64,000 nucleotides of DNA from Bryobacterales bacterium (GCA_003152325.1 PLZX01000060.1:14534-78533); one strand, 5' to 3'; shown: positions 24,649 to 34,899, numbered from the stretch's first letter. The notes: generated by a model from the letters alone, not told the origin. Program-made: numbers and translations.

Positions 24649-25728
24649 ATGACGCGAAAAGAATTCTTGAAAACAGTGACGGTGGCGGCAGCAGGAACGT
24701 TGATCCAGGCTGAGAACGCCGGCGCGCAGACGCCAAAGGCGAAGTTCAAGCGCGGCGTGACGCTGTACAGCTACCAGGAAGAGTACTACACGCATGCGAT
24801 GTCGCTCGAAGACTGCATCGCCGAAGTTGCGTCCATGGGAGCCGAAGGCGTCGAGGTGATTGCCGAAGAGATGGTACCCAACTATCCGGATCCGCCGGAA
24901 GCATGGGTGCAACACTGGCACGCGTTGATGGCAAAGTATCACACCAAACCGGCCTGTCTCGACACGTTTGTAGACGTTTACTGGGGCGGACGGCGGGATA
25001 TGACGGTCCAGGAATCGGTGGACACGCTGGCAGCGCAGTTGAAGCTGGCAAACCGGATGGGCTTCAAAGTAATGCGGCCGACTACCGGTCCGGTTCGCGA
25101 TTCCGCGCCGGAGATGATCGAGAAGGCCCTGCCGATCGCCGAGAAGTATGACGTTCGGATCACCCCGGAGATCCACGCACCTATTCCGACCAAGGGAAAG
25201 TTCATCGACTCCTACATGGAGATCATCGCCAAAACGAAGACCAAGTACCTGGGATTCAATCCGGACATGGGCATCTTCGCCAAGCGAATTCCGCGCATCG
25301 TACTTGCCCGGCACCTGCGGGACGGCGCGTCGGAGAAGGTCATTCAATACCTGGACCAGGCGTTCCAGGATGGCGTCAGCGCGGAAACCCGGGCAGCCGA
25401 AGCGGCCAAGATGAGCAACCGGGAAGAAGATGTGCGGGCAGCCTTGATGACGGGCGGTTACGGCCCCATTTCCAACAACCCCAGGGACCTGCTGGCCATC
25501 ATGCCGTACGTTTATAACGTTCACGGCAAGTTCTACGAAATGACGGACGATCTCAAGGAATACAGCATTCCTTACGACGAAGTGATGCCAATATTCATCG
25601 AAGGCGGCTACACCGGGTACATCAATAGCGAATACGAAGGGCAGCGCAACACCCAGGACGTGAAGGAGACGGATAGCTGCGAAGAGATCCGCCGCCACCA
25701 CGTGATGATGGCCCGGTTGATGGCGTAA
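24649..25728 (+). CDS. a2: Tat-signal xylose isomerase-like TIM-barrel protein
   Basis: 359 aa. MTRKEFLKTVTVAAAGTLIQAENAGAQ. Motifs GVTLYSY, PEIHAP, FNPDMGIF, NVHGKFYEM, NSEYEG. Confidence 0.8.
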   Translation: MTRKEFLKTVTVAAAGTLIQAENAGAQTPKAKFKRGVTLYSYQEEYYTHAMSLEDCIAEVASMGAEGVEVIAEEMVPNYPDPPEAWVQHWHALMAKYHTKPACLDTFVDVYWGGRRDMTVQESVDTLAAQLKLANRMGFKVMRPTTGPVRDSAPEMIEKALPIAEKYDVRITPEIHAPIPTKGKFIDSYMEIIAKTKTKYLGFNPDMGIFAKRIPRIVLARHLRDGASEKVIQYLDQAFQDGVSAETRAAEAAKMSNREEDVRAALMTGGYGPISNNPRDLLAIMPYVYNVHGKFYEMTDDLKEYSIPYDEVMPIFIEGGYTGYINSEYEGQRNTQDVKETDSCEEIRRHHVMMARLMA

Positions 25729-25785
25729 ACCGAGCAGCGCCCTGGTGAAAGTATCGAAACCGACTGAACCTGGAAGGGAGAAGAT

Positions 25786-26184
25786 ATGTTCGATGAAAGC
25801 GTAATCCACGGGGATCTAATCTATCGGGACGACGACCAGCTCTCCAGCGTCCGTTTCAAGATTCGGTTGCCCTGGTATCGATCGTTAACCGCATCGTGCA
25901 TCGAGGGAATTGACATCACCATTGGCGGAGCGGAGGTAAGCCGGAAGGATGTCGCCTTAACCCTGTACGGACTCACTCACAGCCTGGATGAAGTGGCTGG
26001 TCTGAGCGACGTCTTGTGGTTCGTCAGGGACGCGGTCGACGTTCATGTTCGCACCCCGACGCCCCTCAAACCTGGACCGCAAGATGTCAAGGTGGTCATG
26101 CGGGTGAGGATTCCCTACGGCCCAGATTTCAACGAGATCGCGATTTGTCAAAAGCGCCTCACTCTCGTGGGATCGGATTACTAA
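25786..26184 (+). CDS. b3: divergent small partner protein (no signal)
   Basis: 132 aa. MFDESVIHGDLIYRDDDQLSSVRFKIRLPWYRSLTASCIEGIDITIGGAEV...LKPGPQDVKV...RLTLVG. Same length and motif positions as the other b proteins but much more divergent. Confidence 0.6.
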   Translation: MFDESVIHGDLIYRDDDQLSSVRFKIRLPWYRSLTASCIEGIDITIGGAEVSRKDVALTLYGLTHSLDEVAGLSDVLWFVRDAVDVHVRTPTPLKPGPQDVKVVMRVRIPYGPDFNEIAICQKRLTLVGSDY

Positions 26185-26271
26185 GACCGACGATCCTAAT
26201 TCTTGAATTGGCCTGAGCGATGGCGCTAGGAGAGGACTTCTAGCGCCAGAAATTGAGGAAGGGAGACATCA

Positions 26272-27330
26272 ATGGATATGACGCGGAAACAATTCCTGGG
26301 AACGGCCGCGGGGGCCACGACCGCGGGGTTGGCTCTATCGGCCGCCGACGCGCTGGCAGGGACCAAGGCAAGAGAACCATTTCACCTAGGGGTCACGCTC
26401 TATAGCTTTAATGACGAGTTCTATCATTACAAGTACTCGTTTCACGATTGCATGGAGAAGGCTGGATCTCTGGGCCCGGGCACGGGACTCGAGTTAGTCG
26501 GGCCGCAGATGATCAATAGCTGGCCCGAGGTGTCGCTGGAATTCGAAAGAACGTTCAAGAGCCTGGTGGAACGATACAACCTGCGGCCTGTGTCTTACGG
26601 CGGCTATGCGGATCCAGAAAGGATCACCGGCAAGTCGCTGACAGACGCGGAGAATGCGGAGTACATTAAGCTTCAACTCCGCAGCGCGAAACAACTGGGG
26701 TTCCCGATTATCCGGGGAGGACGTGGCGATCTGGTGGCCTATGCGGAGAAATACGGTGTCAAGATGGCGCCGGAAATTCATTCGCCGCATATCATCGAAA
26801 GTCCGGAGACACAGAAGTTACTGGCGGAAGTCAGTAAGATCAACTCCCCGTTCTACGGAGTAACTCCTGATTGCGGCGTGTTCGCATCCAAATGCGCCAA
26901 GCCTTATCTGGACAAGTTTACGCAGATGGGCGTGCCTGCCCCGATCCGAACGCGCATCGTCGAAATGTGGCAGCAAAAGCTGCCGCTCGACAAGATGTTT
27001 GCCGAAGTCAAGGCTATGGGCGGCGACGAGATGGCGATGCTGATGGCCCGCGAATCGAAGATTTACTTCGGACAGGGCGATCCGAAAGCGCTACTCCAGA
27101 TCATGCCCTACGTCATTCACTGCCACGGGAAGTTTTTTGGCATGGACCCGAAGACTGGAGACGAACCTGCGGTGCCGTATCCGGAAATCATCGCCGCTTT
27201 CACGAAGGGCGGCTTCAAGGGAACCATGGTGTCCGAGTACGAAGGCCACCATTGGATGCCGGGCGGAGATGCCCTGTGGCAGGTCAAGACTCATCAGGCC
27301 ATGATCCGGAAGTTGTTCGCAAAAGCCTGA
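26272..27330 (+). CDS. a3: Tat-signal xylose isomerase-like TIM-barrel protein (a9/a10-like subfamily)
   Basis: 352 aa. MDMTRKQFLGTAAGATTAGLALSAADALA. Motifs GVTLYSF, PEIHSP, VTPDCGVF, HCHGKFFGM, VSEYEG. N-terminal region aligns best with a9 and a10 (YKYSFHDCMEKAGSLGPGTGLELVGPQ). Confidence 0.8.
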   Translation: MDMTRKQFLGTAAGATTAGLALSAADALAGTKAREPFHLGVTLYSFNDEFYHYKYSFHDCMEKAGSLGPGTGLELVGPQMINSWPEVSLEFERTFKSLVERYNLRPVSYGGYADPERITGKSLTDAENAEYIKLQLRSAKQLGFPIIRGGRGDLVAYAEKYGVKMAPEIHSPHIIESPETQKLLAEVSKINSPFYGVTPDCGVFASKCAKPYLDKFTQMGVPAPIRTRIVEMWQQKLPLDKMFAEVKAMGGDEMAMLMARESKIYFGQGDPKALLQIMPYVIHCHGKFFGMDPKTGDEPAVPYPEIIAAFTKGGFKGTMVSEYEGHHWMPGGDALWQVKTHQAMIRKLFAKA

Positions 27331-27382
27331 AGAAGCGAATTGCGCGCGGGCCAAGTATCGAAACTGAGCAAAGGAGAGAACG

Positions 27383-27772
27383 ATGCAATACAACATTCTC
27401 AACAGAGGATTCAAAAATGTTTCGCAGAACGGGCAGGTAAACGGATTCAAAATCGACGTCCTGTCCGGTTATTATCGCGGCGTCTACGTGACGTTGATTG
27501 AAGGATTCGATGTGACCGTGGATGGCAAAACCTTCCCGCGGGACCAGGTGCGCTGCACCTTCGGCAGCAAGACATACACGCAGGACCAGTTGGAAAAACT
27601 ATCCGACGTGCGCTGGCAATGCGACGAGCCGGTCACGCTGCTGGTTAGCAAGGCGGGGGGGCTGGAACCTGGGATGCATGACATCAAGGTGGTGGCGAAG
27701 ATCCGGGTTTCGTACATGCCGGTGCAGCCCAGTGTGTACAACTTTGAAGCCAGGATCCCATTGGTAGGATGA
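27383..27772 (+). CDS. b4: small partner protein (no signal)
   Basis: 129 aa. MQYNILNRGFKNVSQNGQVNGFKIDVLSGYYRGVYVTLIEGFDVTVDGKTFP...VTLLVSKAGGLEPGMHDI...IPLVG. Confidence 0.75.
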   Translation: MQYNILNRGFKNVSQNGQVNGFKIDVLSGYYRGVYVTLIEGFDVTVDGKTFPRDQVRCTFGSKTYTQDQLEKLSDVRWQCDEPVTLLVSKAGGLEPGMHDIKVVAKIRVSYMPVQPSVYNFEARIPLVG

Positions 27773-27809
27773 GGCGCGGCTAAGGTCAATCAAGAGTCGA
27801 GAGGAAAAT

Positions 27810-28943
27810 ATGGACATTACACGAAAAGAATTCTTCGGAACACTAGCAGCCGGGGCCGCCACGGCCTATCTGACAAACTCCGCCGCCGCTCCAGCGAACG
27901 CCGCACCGGCAGGCTCGTCGAAAATGAAGCTCGGCATCACCGCGTATAGCTACACTTACGACCTTCGGGCACGCGCCATGACCCTGGAAGACGTGGTCGC
28001 GGATGTCGCCGATATGGGGGGCGAGGGCGTGGAGATCCTGGGCGAGGCACACGTGCCGGGCTATCCGAATCCGCCGCAGAAGTGGGTGGAGCAGTGGTTC
28101 GCCTGGATGGAGAAGTATCACACCAAGCCCAGCGCGTACGACACGTTCGTCGACACGATGTTTTATAAGGACCGGCTGTTGACCGTGGACGAAGCCGTCG
28201 AACGCCTCGTGACCGATTTCAAACTGGCCAACCGGCTCGGCTTCAAAGTGCTGCGGCAGCAATGGCCGCCGTACAAGGCGGACAATCCAGCCGATCAGAT
28301 CTGGGCCCCGTATTGCAAGTCGGCAATGGCAATGCAGGTGATGCAGAAGGCGCTTCCCTTCGCCGAGAAGTATGACGTGAAGATGGCGGTGGAGCTGCAT
28401 TCGCCCACGCAATTGAAATCGGAATGGATTGACGATTTCCTGGAGGTTCTGAACAGAACCAAGACGAAGCATTTCGGCTTCTGCCCGGACATGAGCATCT
28501 TCGTCGAGCGGGCGCCCAAGAGCCACCTTACCGAACTGCGCCGCGAGGGGGCACGAGATAACATCCTCGATTACATCAACAGGGCTTACGAAGAGAACCT
28601 GGGGGCCGAGAAGACGGTCGCCGAGGTGGTGAAGATGGGTGGCAATGAGGCCGAACAGAAGTGGGGCTCGATGGCCGGCATCTATCACTTCAGCAAGAAC
28701 GACCCCAAGGACATGGCGCGGCTGGCACCTTATATTTATCACGTCCACGCGAAATTCTACGAGATGATGGACGACCTGCACGAGTACAGCATCCCGTACG
28801 AAACAGTGATTCCGGTGCTTGCCGCCGGCGGCTATAGCGGTTACCTCTCAAGCGAGTATGAAGGCGCACGCGAGGACTTCCAGACGTCGGCGCAGATCCG
28901 CCTGCAGCAAGTCATGCTGAAGCGATTGCTGGCAGCAGTCTAG
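27810..28943 (+). CDS. a4: Tat-signal xylose isomerase-like TIM-barrel protein
   Basis: 377 aa. MDITRKEFFGTLAAGAATAYLTNSAAAPANA. Motifs GITAYSY, VELHSP, FCPDMSIF, HVHAKFYEM, SSEYEG. Confidence 0.8.
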   Translation: MDITRKEFFGTLAAGAATAYLTNSAAAPANAAPAGSSKMKLGITAYSYTYDLRARAMTLEDVVADVADMGGEGVEILGEAHVPGYPNPPQKWVEQWFAWMEKYHTKPSAYDTFVDTMFYKDRLLTVDEAVERLVTDFKLANRLGFKVLRQQWPPYKADNPADQIWAPYCKSAMAMQVMQKALPFAEKYDVKMAVELHSPTQLKSEWIDDFLEVLNRTKTKHFGFCPDMSIFVERAPKSHLTELRREGARDNILDYINRAYEENLGAEKTVAEVVKMGGNEAEQKWGSMAGIYHFSKNDPKDMARLAPYIYHVHAKFYEMMDDLHEYSIPYETVIPVLAAGGYSGYLSSEYEGAREDFQTSAQIRLQQVMLKRLLAAV

Positions 28944-29064
28944 ATGAGATTTCGGCCTGATCGGCATTAAGGCGAATTGGGCGGTCTTTGGCGTGCGGCG
29001 CGTTTCCGATTCAGCTCAGATGAACCGGAAGCGTCAGTTCCAACAGGAGAAAGGACAAGAGCAG

Positions 29065-29529
29065 ATGCTAGAGAGAGAACCAGTTCAACAGCGAGGATTT
29101 AAGAACGTCTATAAGGATGGCCAGTGCGTCGGTTTCCAAATACTTTATAGATCGAGGTACTACCGGGGGATCTGGCTGTCCCTGTCTAAGGGGTTTTCCG
29201 TCCTGGTGGATGGCGAGTTGTTTCCGAGGGAGGCGATTACGGTCACCATCGGAGGCAAGACGTACACGCAGGATCAGATGACAAAGATCGGCGATGTTCA
29301 CTGGGGACGAAGTGAGCCGGCCATTCTGACAGTGGCCAAGCCGGGCGGCCTCAAGATGGGGGTGCACGAGGTTACAGTCAATTGGTCCCACCGTGTCTCC
29401 TACATGGCTCCAGTCCCCAAAGCCCCTAAACAGACTGAAGCGGCCGTAGTTGGCGGTCCTGGCGCGACAGGCATCGCCGGTGCTTTTGGCGGCGGCAACT
29501 GCACACGGGACCTGGTGTTGATGAGATGA
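29065..29529 (+). CDS. b5: small partner protein with Gly/Ala-rich C-terminal extension (no signal)
   Basis: Start moved to ATG 29065, after an AGGAGA/AAGGA RBS. MLEREPVQQRGFKNVYKDGQCVGFQILYRSRYYRGIWLSLSKGFSVLVDGELFP...AILTVAKPGGLKMGVHEV. Then an extra tail ...AAVVGGPGATGIAGAFGGGNCTRDLVLMR. Confidence 0.7.
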   Translation: MLEREPVQQRGFKNVYKDGQCVGFQILYRSRYYRGIWLSLSKGFSVLVDGELFPREAITVTIGGKTYTQDQMTKIGDVHWGRSEPAILTVAKPGGLKMGVHEVTVNWSHRVSYMAPVPKAPKQTEAAVVGGPGATGIAGAFGGGNCTRDLVLMR

Positions 29530-29560
29530 GGCGCAGCAGAGCGAAGAGGAGAAGACTGTT

Positions 29561-30562
29561 ATGACGCGAAAAGACTTTCTGAACACTGTTGCGGGCGGGG
29601 CTCTCGTTTCCGCCATATCCGCGACCACAACCACGACTGCTTCCGCGGCTCCCGAGAGGAAGGGTCCCAAGCGTGGCGTCTCTATTTACAGCTATGCGCA
29701 TGACTTCGACGTGACTGCGACCTTGGAAGACTGTCTCATGGAGGTTTCCGAATTGGGAACGCCGGGCCAGAAAATGGGCTTGGAGATTCTCGCCAACGGG
29801 CACATTGAAGGTTATCCCAAGCCGAGCGAAGCGTGGGTGAGGAACTGGCACGACATGTGCACCAAGTTCGACCTCCTCCCCGTGGAGTATGGCCACTGGA
29901 TAGACTCCAAACTGTATGCCGAAGGACCGGAAGGTTTGTTGGACACGAAAGAGTCGGTAGCGAAGCTTATTGATGACATTAAGCTGGGCAACAGGCTCGG
30001 ATTCACACGGGGCCGGACCAAACTCGGGATGATTGATAACGACGGAATGCCCACGCCGAACTGGCGGGAAATCATTAAAGGGGCTCTCCCCGCCGCGGAA
30101 AAGTACAACTTCCGGATGCTGACCGAGTTCCATTCACCCACGCCTTTGAAGGGACGGGTGATGGATGAGTATATGGACTTCATCACGAAGGAGAAGTGCA
30201 ATCCCTGGTTCGGACTGAACGTCGACTTTAGCGTGTTCCAGACCCAACGTGGAGAGGGAGGATTAGGAGGTCCGAGCACTGGGCCGGGACGGCCAGCGTT
30301 CACCATGCCGCTTTCCCAACCCGAGGACATCATCCCGTATCTGCCCTACGTGCATTGCTGTCACGCCAAGTTCAACGAGATTAACAGAGACTGTGTAGAC
30401 CAGACGATTCCATACCCGGCGATCATCAAGATTCTGGTGGAGCACCAGTGGGATGGCTACATGATGAGCGAATACGAGGGATTGGACAAGCTCACCGGCG
30501 GGTCCTGGTCCGCTGTTCGCAGACAGCACGTCATGCTGAAGCGCTTGCTGGGCGAGGCATAG
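29561..30562 (+). CDS. a5: Tat-signal xylose isomerase-like TIM-barrel protein
   Basis: 333 aa. MTRKDFLNTVAGGALVSAISATTTTTASA. Motifs GVSIYSY, TEFHSP, LNVDFSVF, CCHAKFNEI, MSEYEG. Confidence 0.8.
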   Translation: MTRKDFLNTVAGGALVSAISATTTTTASAAPERKGPKRGVSIYSYAHDFDVTATLEDCLMEVSELGTPGQKMGLEILANGHIEGYPKPSEAWVRNWHDMCTKFDLLPVEYGHWIDSKLYAEGPEGLLDTKESVAKLIDDIKLGNRLGFTRGRTKLGMIDNDGMPTPNWREIIKGALPAAEKYNFRMLTEFHSPTPLKGRVMDEYMDFITKEKCNPWFGLNVDFSVFQTQRGEGGLGGPSTGPGRPAFTMPLSQPEDIIPYLPYVHCCHAKFNEINRDCVDQTIPYPAIIKILVEHQWDGYMMSEYEGLDKLTGGSWSAVRRQHVMLKRLLGEA

Positions 30563-30617
30563 CAGATTAGCGCAAAGTACCGGGCGCCTTCCTGTGATCT
30601 GAATTTGACCGCCCGCT

Positions 30618-31589
30618 TCACAGCCCGAGCAGGCGTTCCGCGTTGCCGTGCGCAATCCGCGTCCTGTCGGAGGCGCTCACCGGCAATTGGTCCAGGAAGG
30701 TGCGCGCCTGCGCCATGGAACCGTAGGGGTAATCGGCCGAAAAGATAATTCGATCCACTCCAACCTGAAGGAGCAAATCGAGGAACGTCGGAATGAAGTT
30801 GAAGCCGCTGAAGGTGTAGTAAACGTTCTCACGAAGGTAGGCACTGACCGGCCGCTTGAGCCCCGTAATGGCCGTGGTCATGACATCGACTCGCGACGAC
30901 ATAAAGGGAAGCGCTTCGCCCATGTGGCCGATGATCAGTTGCAGAGCCGGAAATCGGTCGAAGGCTCCACCAAGGATCGTGCGGAGCACATGGATGGCGG
31001 TCTCGATGTGCCAGCCCCAACCAGCGCCGGCGAGCATGTAGGTGACGTCGGGCTTGAACCCTCCGTAGGACGCCTCAATCACCGGCTGCGGAGGTTGCGT
31101 GGGGTGCAGGTAAATGGGAACACCAAGCGATTCGGCGCGTTCGAGAATGGGCCAAAAGAAACTGTCATCCAGATACCGTCCCCGGTGGTGACCATTAATG
31201 ATCGCTCCCCGAAAACCGCACTGGCGGACCATGCATTCCAGTTCGTCGGCCGCCTGCTCAGGGGCCGCCAGCGGAAGCGCGGCGAATCCGGCAAACCGCG
31301 CTGGATAGCGCTCGACGGCGGCTGCGACGAAATCGTTCGCTTCTCGCGCGAGCGCCGCTGCCTCGACCGCGTCGCACTGCTCCAGACCTGGAGTGTTGAG
31401 CGACAGCACCTGCATATCGATTCCGGCGGCGTCCATCTCCGCGATTCGTTTGTCTCCGACATCGCGGAGCCGTTCGAGGATCTGAGCCATCCGGTCCCCG
31501 GGCAATGCCGCACGTTCCACGATTGGGCGACCTGGCCCACTCAGAAATCCTGGGGTCGCATAATGCTCTTCAAGGGTGATGGTTCGCAT
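30618..31589 (-). CDS. amidohydrolase_2 family protein (LigW/ACMSD-like), cytoplasmic
   Basis: Start moved to ATG 31589 (MRTITLEEHYATPGF). The 168 codons upstream in the track ORF are R/P-rich and overlap the MFS gene. Motifs IYLHP, IIGHMGE, SADYPY. Confidence 0.8.
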   Translation of the reverse strand: MRTITLEEHYATPGFLSGPGRPIVERAALPGDRMAQILERLRDVGDKRIAEMDAAGIDMQVLSLNTPGLEQCDAVEAAALAREANDFVAAAVERYPARFAGFAALPLAAPEQAADELECMVRQCGFRGAIINGHHRGRYLDDSFFWPILERAESLGVPIYLHPTQPPQPVIEASYGGFKPDVTYMLAGAGWGWHIETAIHVLRTILGGAFDRFPALQLIIGHMGEALPFMSSRVDVMTTAITGLKRPVSAYLRENVYYTFSGFNFIPTFLDLLLQVGVDRIIFSADYPYGSMAQARTFLDQLPVSASDRTRIAHGNAERLLGL

Positions 31590-31636
31590 GGCGTCGCACC
31601 TGTACGTGTGGGGTGGGCTTCGAGTGTCGCAAACGG

Positions 31637-33004
31637 CTACGGCGAGATGTCCTCCAGGCGGCGGCCGCGAGTCTCGGTGACGCCGAGTGCGAACCCGACG
31701 CCGGAAACCGCGATCAAGCCGAACAGGAGGAATACGCCAGCCACGCCGTAACTGGCGAGGATGGGACCAACCACTAAGGGGCCAGCCGCCGACGCTACCC
31801 GCAGCCAGGCGCTGGCGGCGCCGGTGCCCAGCGTGCGAAGCCGCGTCGGGTAGATCTCGGGCGTGTAGAGATAAACGAGCATCGAATTCGAAGTAATGAA
31901 CAGGAAGCTGGTCGAGGCAAGCAGGATCACCGGCCCGGGACTCTTCGCGCCGAGGAGACACAACACGAAAAGCGGCACTCCACCAAGCAGAAAGGCGGCA
32001 ATGAACCAGGGTTTGCGGCCTAAACGATCCACCGCCATGGCGCAAAGGAACGCGCCCGCGACGCCCGCGATGTTCGTCAAAACGCCATTCCAAAGAGCGT
32101 CGGCGACGCTGAGCTTATACACCGTGCGATAGATGGTGGGCAGCCAGGTGTTGATTCCGTAGGTGACAAAATACGTGGAGATCCACAGCCCCCAGACGAT
32201 GAGCGTGCGACGCCGGTAGATCCCCCGAAACAGTTCCGTCCAGGCAGTCTGTTGCGGCGGCTGGGAGGAGATTTCGATTGCCGGAACGGGGGGAAGCGAA
32301 ACGGCACCGTTGCGGGAGGCCGCGCGCTCCATGGACACAACCACCAGCTCTGCTTCGTCCATCCTGCCTTTAGAGACCAGCCAGCGTGGGGACTCCGGCA
32401 GGATTCGCTGCACAAACACGGCGAGCAATGCGGGGGCTCCTCCAATTAGAAACATGGAACGCCAGCCGAAGCGTGGCACTAACCAGAACCCCACAAGAGA
32501 TGCTCCGACCAAGCCCAGCGGGAAGATCAACTGGTACAGAAGAAAGGTGCGCCCGCGTTTCTTCGCCGTCAGCACTTCGTTGATGTAGGCTGCGGCGATC
32601 GGCACCTCGCCGCCGAGTCCGATGCCCTGGATGGTGCGAAAGACCAGGAGTGCCGAAACGCTCCACGAAGCGGCCGCAAAGAAGCTCATCAACGAGAAGA
32701 GCCCCATGGCATAAGCGGCCGCACGCAAGCGGCCTATCCGACCCGCCAGAGCGCCGAACAACAGCGCTCCTCCAATCTGCCCGACGAAGCCGGCGGAGAT
32801 CAGCAGACCAATCTGTTGCGGAGTCAGTTTCCATGCGCCCACTAGCACTGGCAGCACATAGGCAATGGAGAGCACGTCCAGCGCGTCGAAGAACGTTGCC
32901 GCGCCCATGACCAGGCACGCCTTGACGTGCCAGGCCGAAATGGGCAGCCGTTCGATTCGAGCCAGCAGCAGTGCTGCCTGTTGTGAATTCCTATCTGGTG
33001 TCAA
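31637..33004 (-). CDS. MFS transporter (metabolite/aromatic acid:H+ symporter-like)
   Basis: 455 aa, about 12 TM. GRIGRLRA loop motif, PESPRWL after TM6. Layout is typical of the sugar-porter/AAHS branch. Confidence 0.8.
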   Translation of the reverse strand: MTPDRNSQQAALLLARIERLPISAWHVKACLVMGAATFFDALDVLSIAYVLPVLVGAWKLTPQQIGLLISAGFVGQIGGALLFGALAGRIGRLRAAAYAMGLFSLMSFFAAASWSVSALLVFRTIQGIGLGGEVPIAAAYINEVLTAKKRGRTFLLYQLIFPLGLVGASLVGFWLVPRFGWRSMFLIGGAPALLAVFVQRILPESPRWLVSKGRMDEAELVVVSMERAASRNGAVSLPPVPAIEISSQPPQQTAWTELFRGIYRRRTLIVWGLWISTYFVTYGINTWLPTIYRTVYKLSVADALWNGVLTNIAGVAGAFLCAMAVDRLGRKPWFIAAFLLGGVPLFVLCLLGAKSPGPVILLASTSFLFITSNSMLVYLYTPEIYPTRLRTLGTGAASAWLRVASAAGPLVVGPILASYGVAGVFLLFGLIAVSGVGFALGVTETRGRRLEDISP

Positions 33005-33026
33005 AATGGCCGTCCAGATTCCCTGA

Positions 33027-34829
33027 TCAGAGCGCTGCTCGGTTTGCCGGAATTAGCGGAATCTGCAGGAACGAGTCGTACTCACCGCCGGCGTGGATGA
33101 CGTGGTCACCCCGGTTGATGGTCGGGATGGCGGGACCTACCGACGAAGCGGCGCCGCTCGCGATCACCACGCGCAATTGCTCACCGGCGTGCCACAACAT
33201 GCTTGCAGGCCACAGCGAAATTTCCACCGGAACAATTTGCGCGGGAGCCAGGGGCTCCGAGACCGTGTGAGTGAGATACGGCTCCCAAGGTGTCGAGCGC
33301 GCAGGATCCAGGCGCCGCTGCGAAACGCGGATCCGTCCCTTAGGCCCCGTGTAGGCGGGATTCGCCGGCGAGGTGACAATCTGTGCGACCTGTCCGGCGG
33401 CGTCCACTTTCTGAATGTCGACGAACAGATCCATATCGTCCGCTGCAGGCGCTTGTACCCAGAGGTGGAGCTTAAAGTACCCGGTCAGCTCCGTGTCACG
33501 GTCGAAACGATGATTGAATGCAACGTGCCCATCGGGCGATTCCGAGTTGTACCGCGCGGTTGCCGCCTTGGCGACGGGCGCTGGTGAAAGCCCATTGGCC
33601 TCCGCATCCAGGTAAAGCTTGGTGTACTGGGTCCGAGCCAGCGGAAATTCCTTTTCAGGACGGTAGAGAACGTCGTGGCCGCTTGGATCGAGGATCGTCA
33701 ACCGGACGCGCGGCGTCGACTCCCAGCCGTTCTTCACGCCTCTCAAGTAACGGTCGAAGAACTTCCTCAGATCTTCAGTCGCGGCGGAACTGTAAAGGTC
33801 GGGCCACTCATGTGAATTGTGAACGCGCAGCCATTTTTCGTTGGAAGCCAGGCGGCGGAAAGCGTTGAACGTACCGTGCGTGTGCAGCGAATTGGTCCAG
33901 GTGGCGCTGACATACGCAGGGATATGGATATTCTCAACGCGCGCGATCTTGTCTTCCCAATACTCATTCATCAAGGGGTACCGGCGGGCCATCGCGGCGG
34001 TATCTTCAACGCGGTTCTTGCCTCTCATGCGGCCAAGGATACCGTCGGTAAAGGCGAGATCCGGAATGCCTCCGCGCATCAGAGAATCGCGATACACGTC
34101 GTCGATGCCTTCCCACGGGGCGATGGCGGCGAGGTGCGGGGGTTGCTCGGCGGCAATGAACCATTGAGAAATGGCCAGCCAGGAATTTCCAGCCAGGCCG
34201 ATCTTGCCCTGGCACCAATCGCGCGCGGCCAGCCATTCGATGAGGTCGCGAGCATCGAGGGCGTCGAAGCGGCCCCAGCAGTGAATGTCGCCTTCGGAGT
34301 GCAAAGCACCGCGGATGTCTGGGTTCACCACGGCGTAGCCATGATTGCACCAGTAGGCCGGGTCAGGCGCCTCGAATTTCTCCATGGCGGAGACGGAACT
34401 CAGAGGCACGCCACCGCGATTGGGAAACGAGTCCATTCGGGCGTCGCCGGCCGACTTCCCGTATGGGCTCCAACAGACCACGGCGGGGACTTTGCCGCCC
34501 AACGCGGGACGGAAGATGTCGGTGTACAGCACTACGCCGTCACGCAGCTTCACCGGCACATCGCGTTCGAAAATGATGTCGCAGGGCAAGGGCAGGGCGC
34601 CGGGAATCTTGACGAATCCCTTGAGCAGGATGGTTTTGGTGGTTTGGAAATCAGGATATCCGGGTTCGGACGTACCTGCCGACGTAGCTTTCCGGAATTG
34701 CACCGGAATACTTCCGACTGCGTCACTCTGCGGCTCCGCGGATGTTTTCTTATCCGGCGCTCCGCGAAGAATCGCCTGGGATGCAACGCTCGCCAACAGA
34801 AAACCACGTCTTGAGAATTTTGAGTTCAT
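33027..34829 (-). CDS. CocE/NonD family hydrolase (S15 alpha/beta hydrolase) with Tat-type signal
   Basis: Start moved to ATG 34829 (MNSKFSRRGFLLASVASQAILRG). Motifs CWSPYGKS and GLAGNSWLAISQW (nucleophile elbow). Long C-terminal beta domain. Confidence 0.7.
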   Translation of the reverse strand: MNSKFSRRGFLLASVASQAILRGAPDKKTSAEPQSDAVGSIPVQFRKATSAGTSEPGYPDFQTTKTILLKGFVKIPGALPLPCDIIFERDVPVKLRDGVVLYTDIFRPALGGKVPAVVCWSPYGKSAGDARMDSFPNRGGVPLSSVSAMEKFEAPDPAYWCNHGYAVVNPDIRGALHSEGDIHCWGRFDALDARDLIEWLAARDWCQGKIGLAGNSWLAISQWFIAAEQPPHLAAIAPWEGIDDVYRDSLMRGGIPDLAFTDGILGRMRGKNRVEDTAAMARRYPLMNEYWEDKIARVENIHIPAYVSATWTNSLHTHGTFNAFRRLASNEKWLRVHNSHEWPDLYSSAATEDLRKFFDRYLRGVKNGWESTPRVRLTILDPSGHDVLYRPEKEFPLARTQYTKLYLDAEANGLSPAPVAKAATARYNSESPDGHVAFNHRFDRDTELTGYFKLHLWVQAPAADDMDLFVDIQKVDAAGQVAQIVTSPANPAYTGPKGRIRVSQRRLDPARSTPWEPYLTHTVSEPLAPAQIVPVEISLWPASMLWHAGEQLRVVIASGAASSVGPAIPTINRGDHVIHAGGEYDSFLQIPLIPANRAAL

Positions 34830-34899
34830 ATAGAGGTTCTTAACGTGGTTACAGGAGGACGGCTCCAATGGCCGCAAGAATTCTCGTGATCGGTCCGCA

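Noticed and set aside
24592-25809. 405-aa minus-strand ORF. The same applies to 27843..28781, 29426..30133 and 52427..53203.
   Set aside because: All lie antisense to a-subunit genes that carry the conserved motifs. They have a biased R/H/G composition and no start context.
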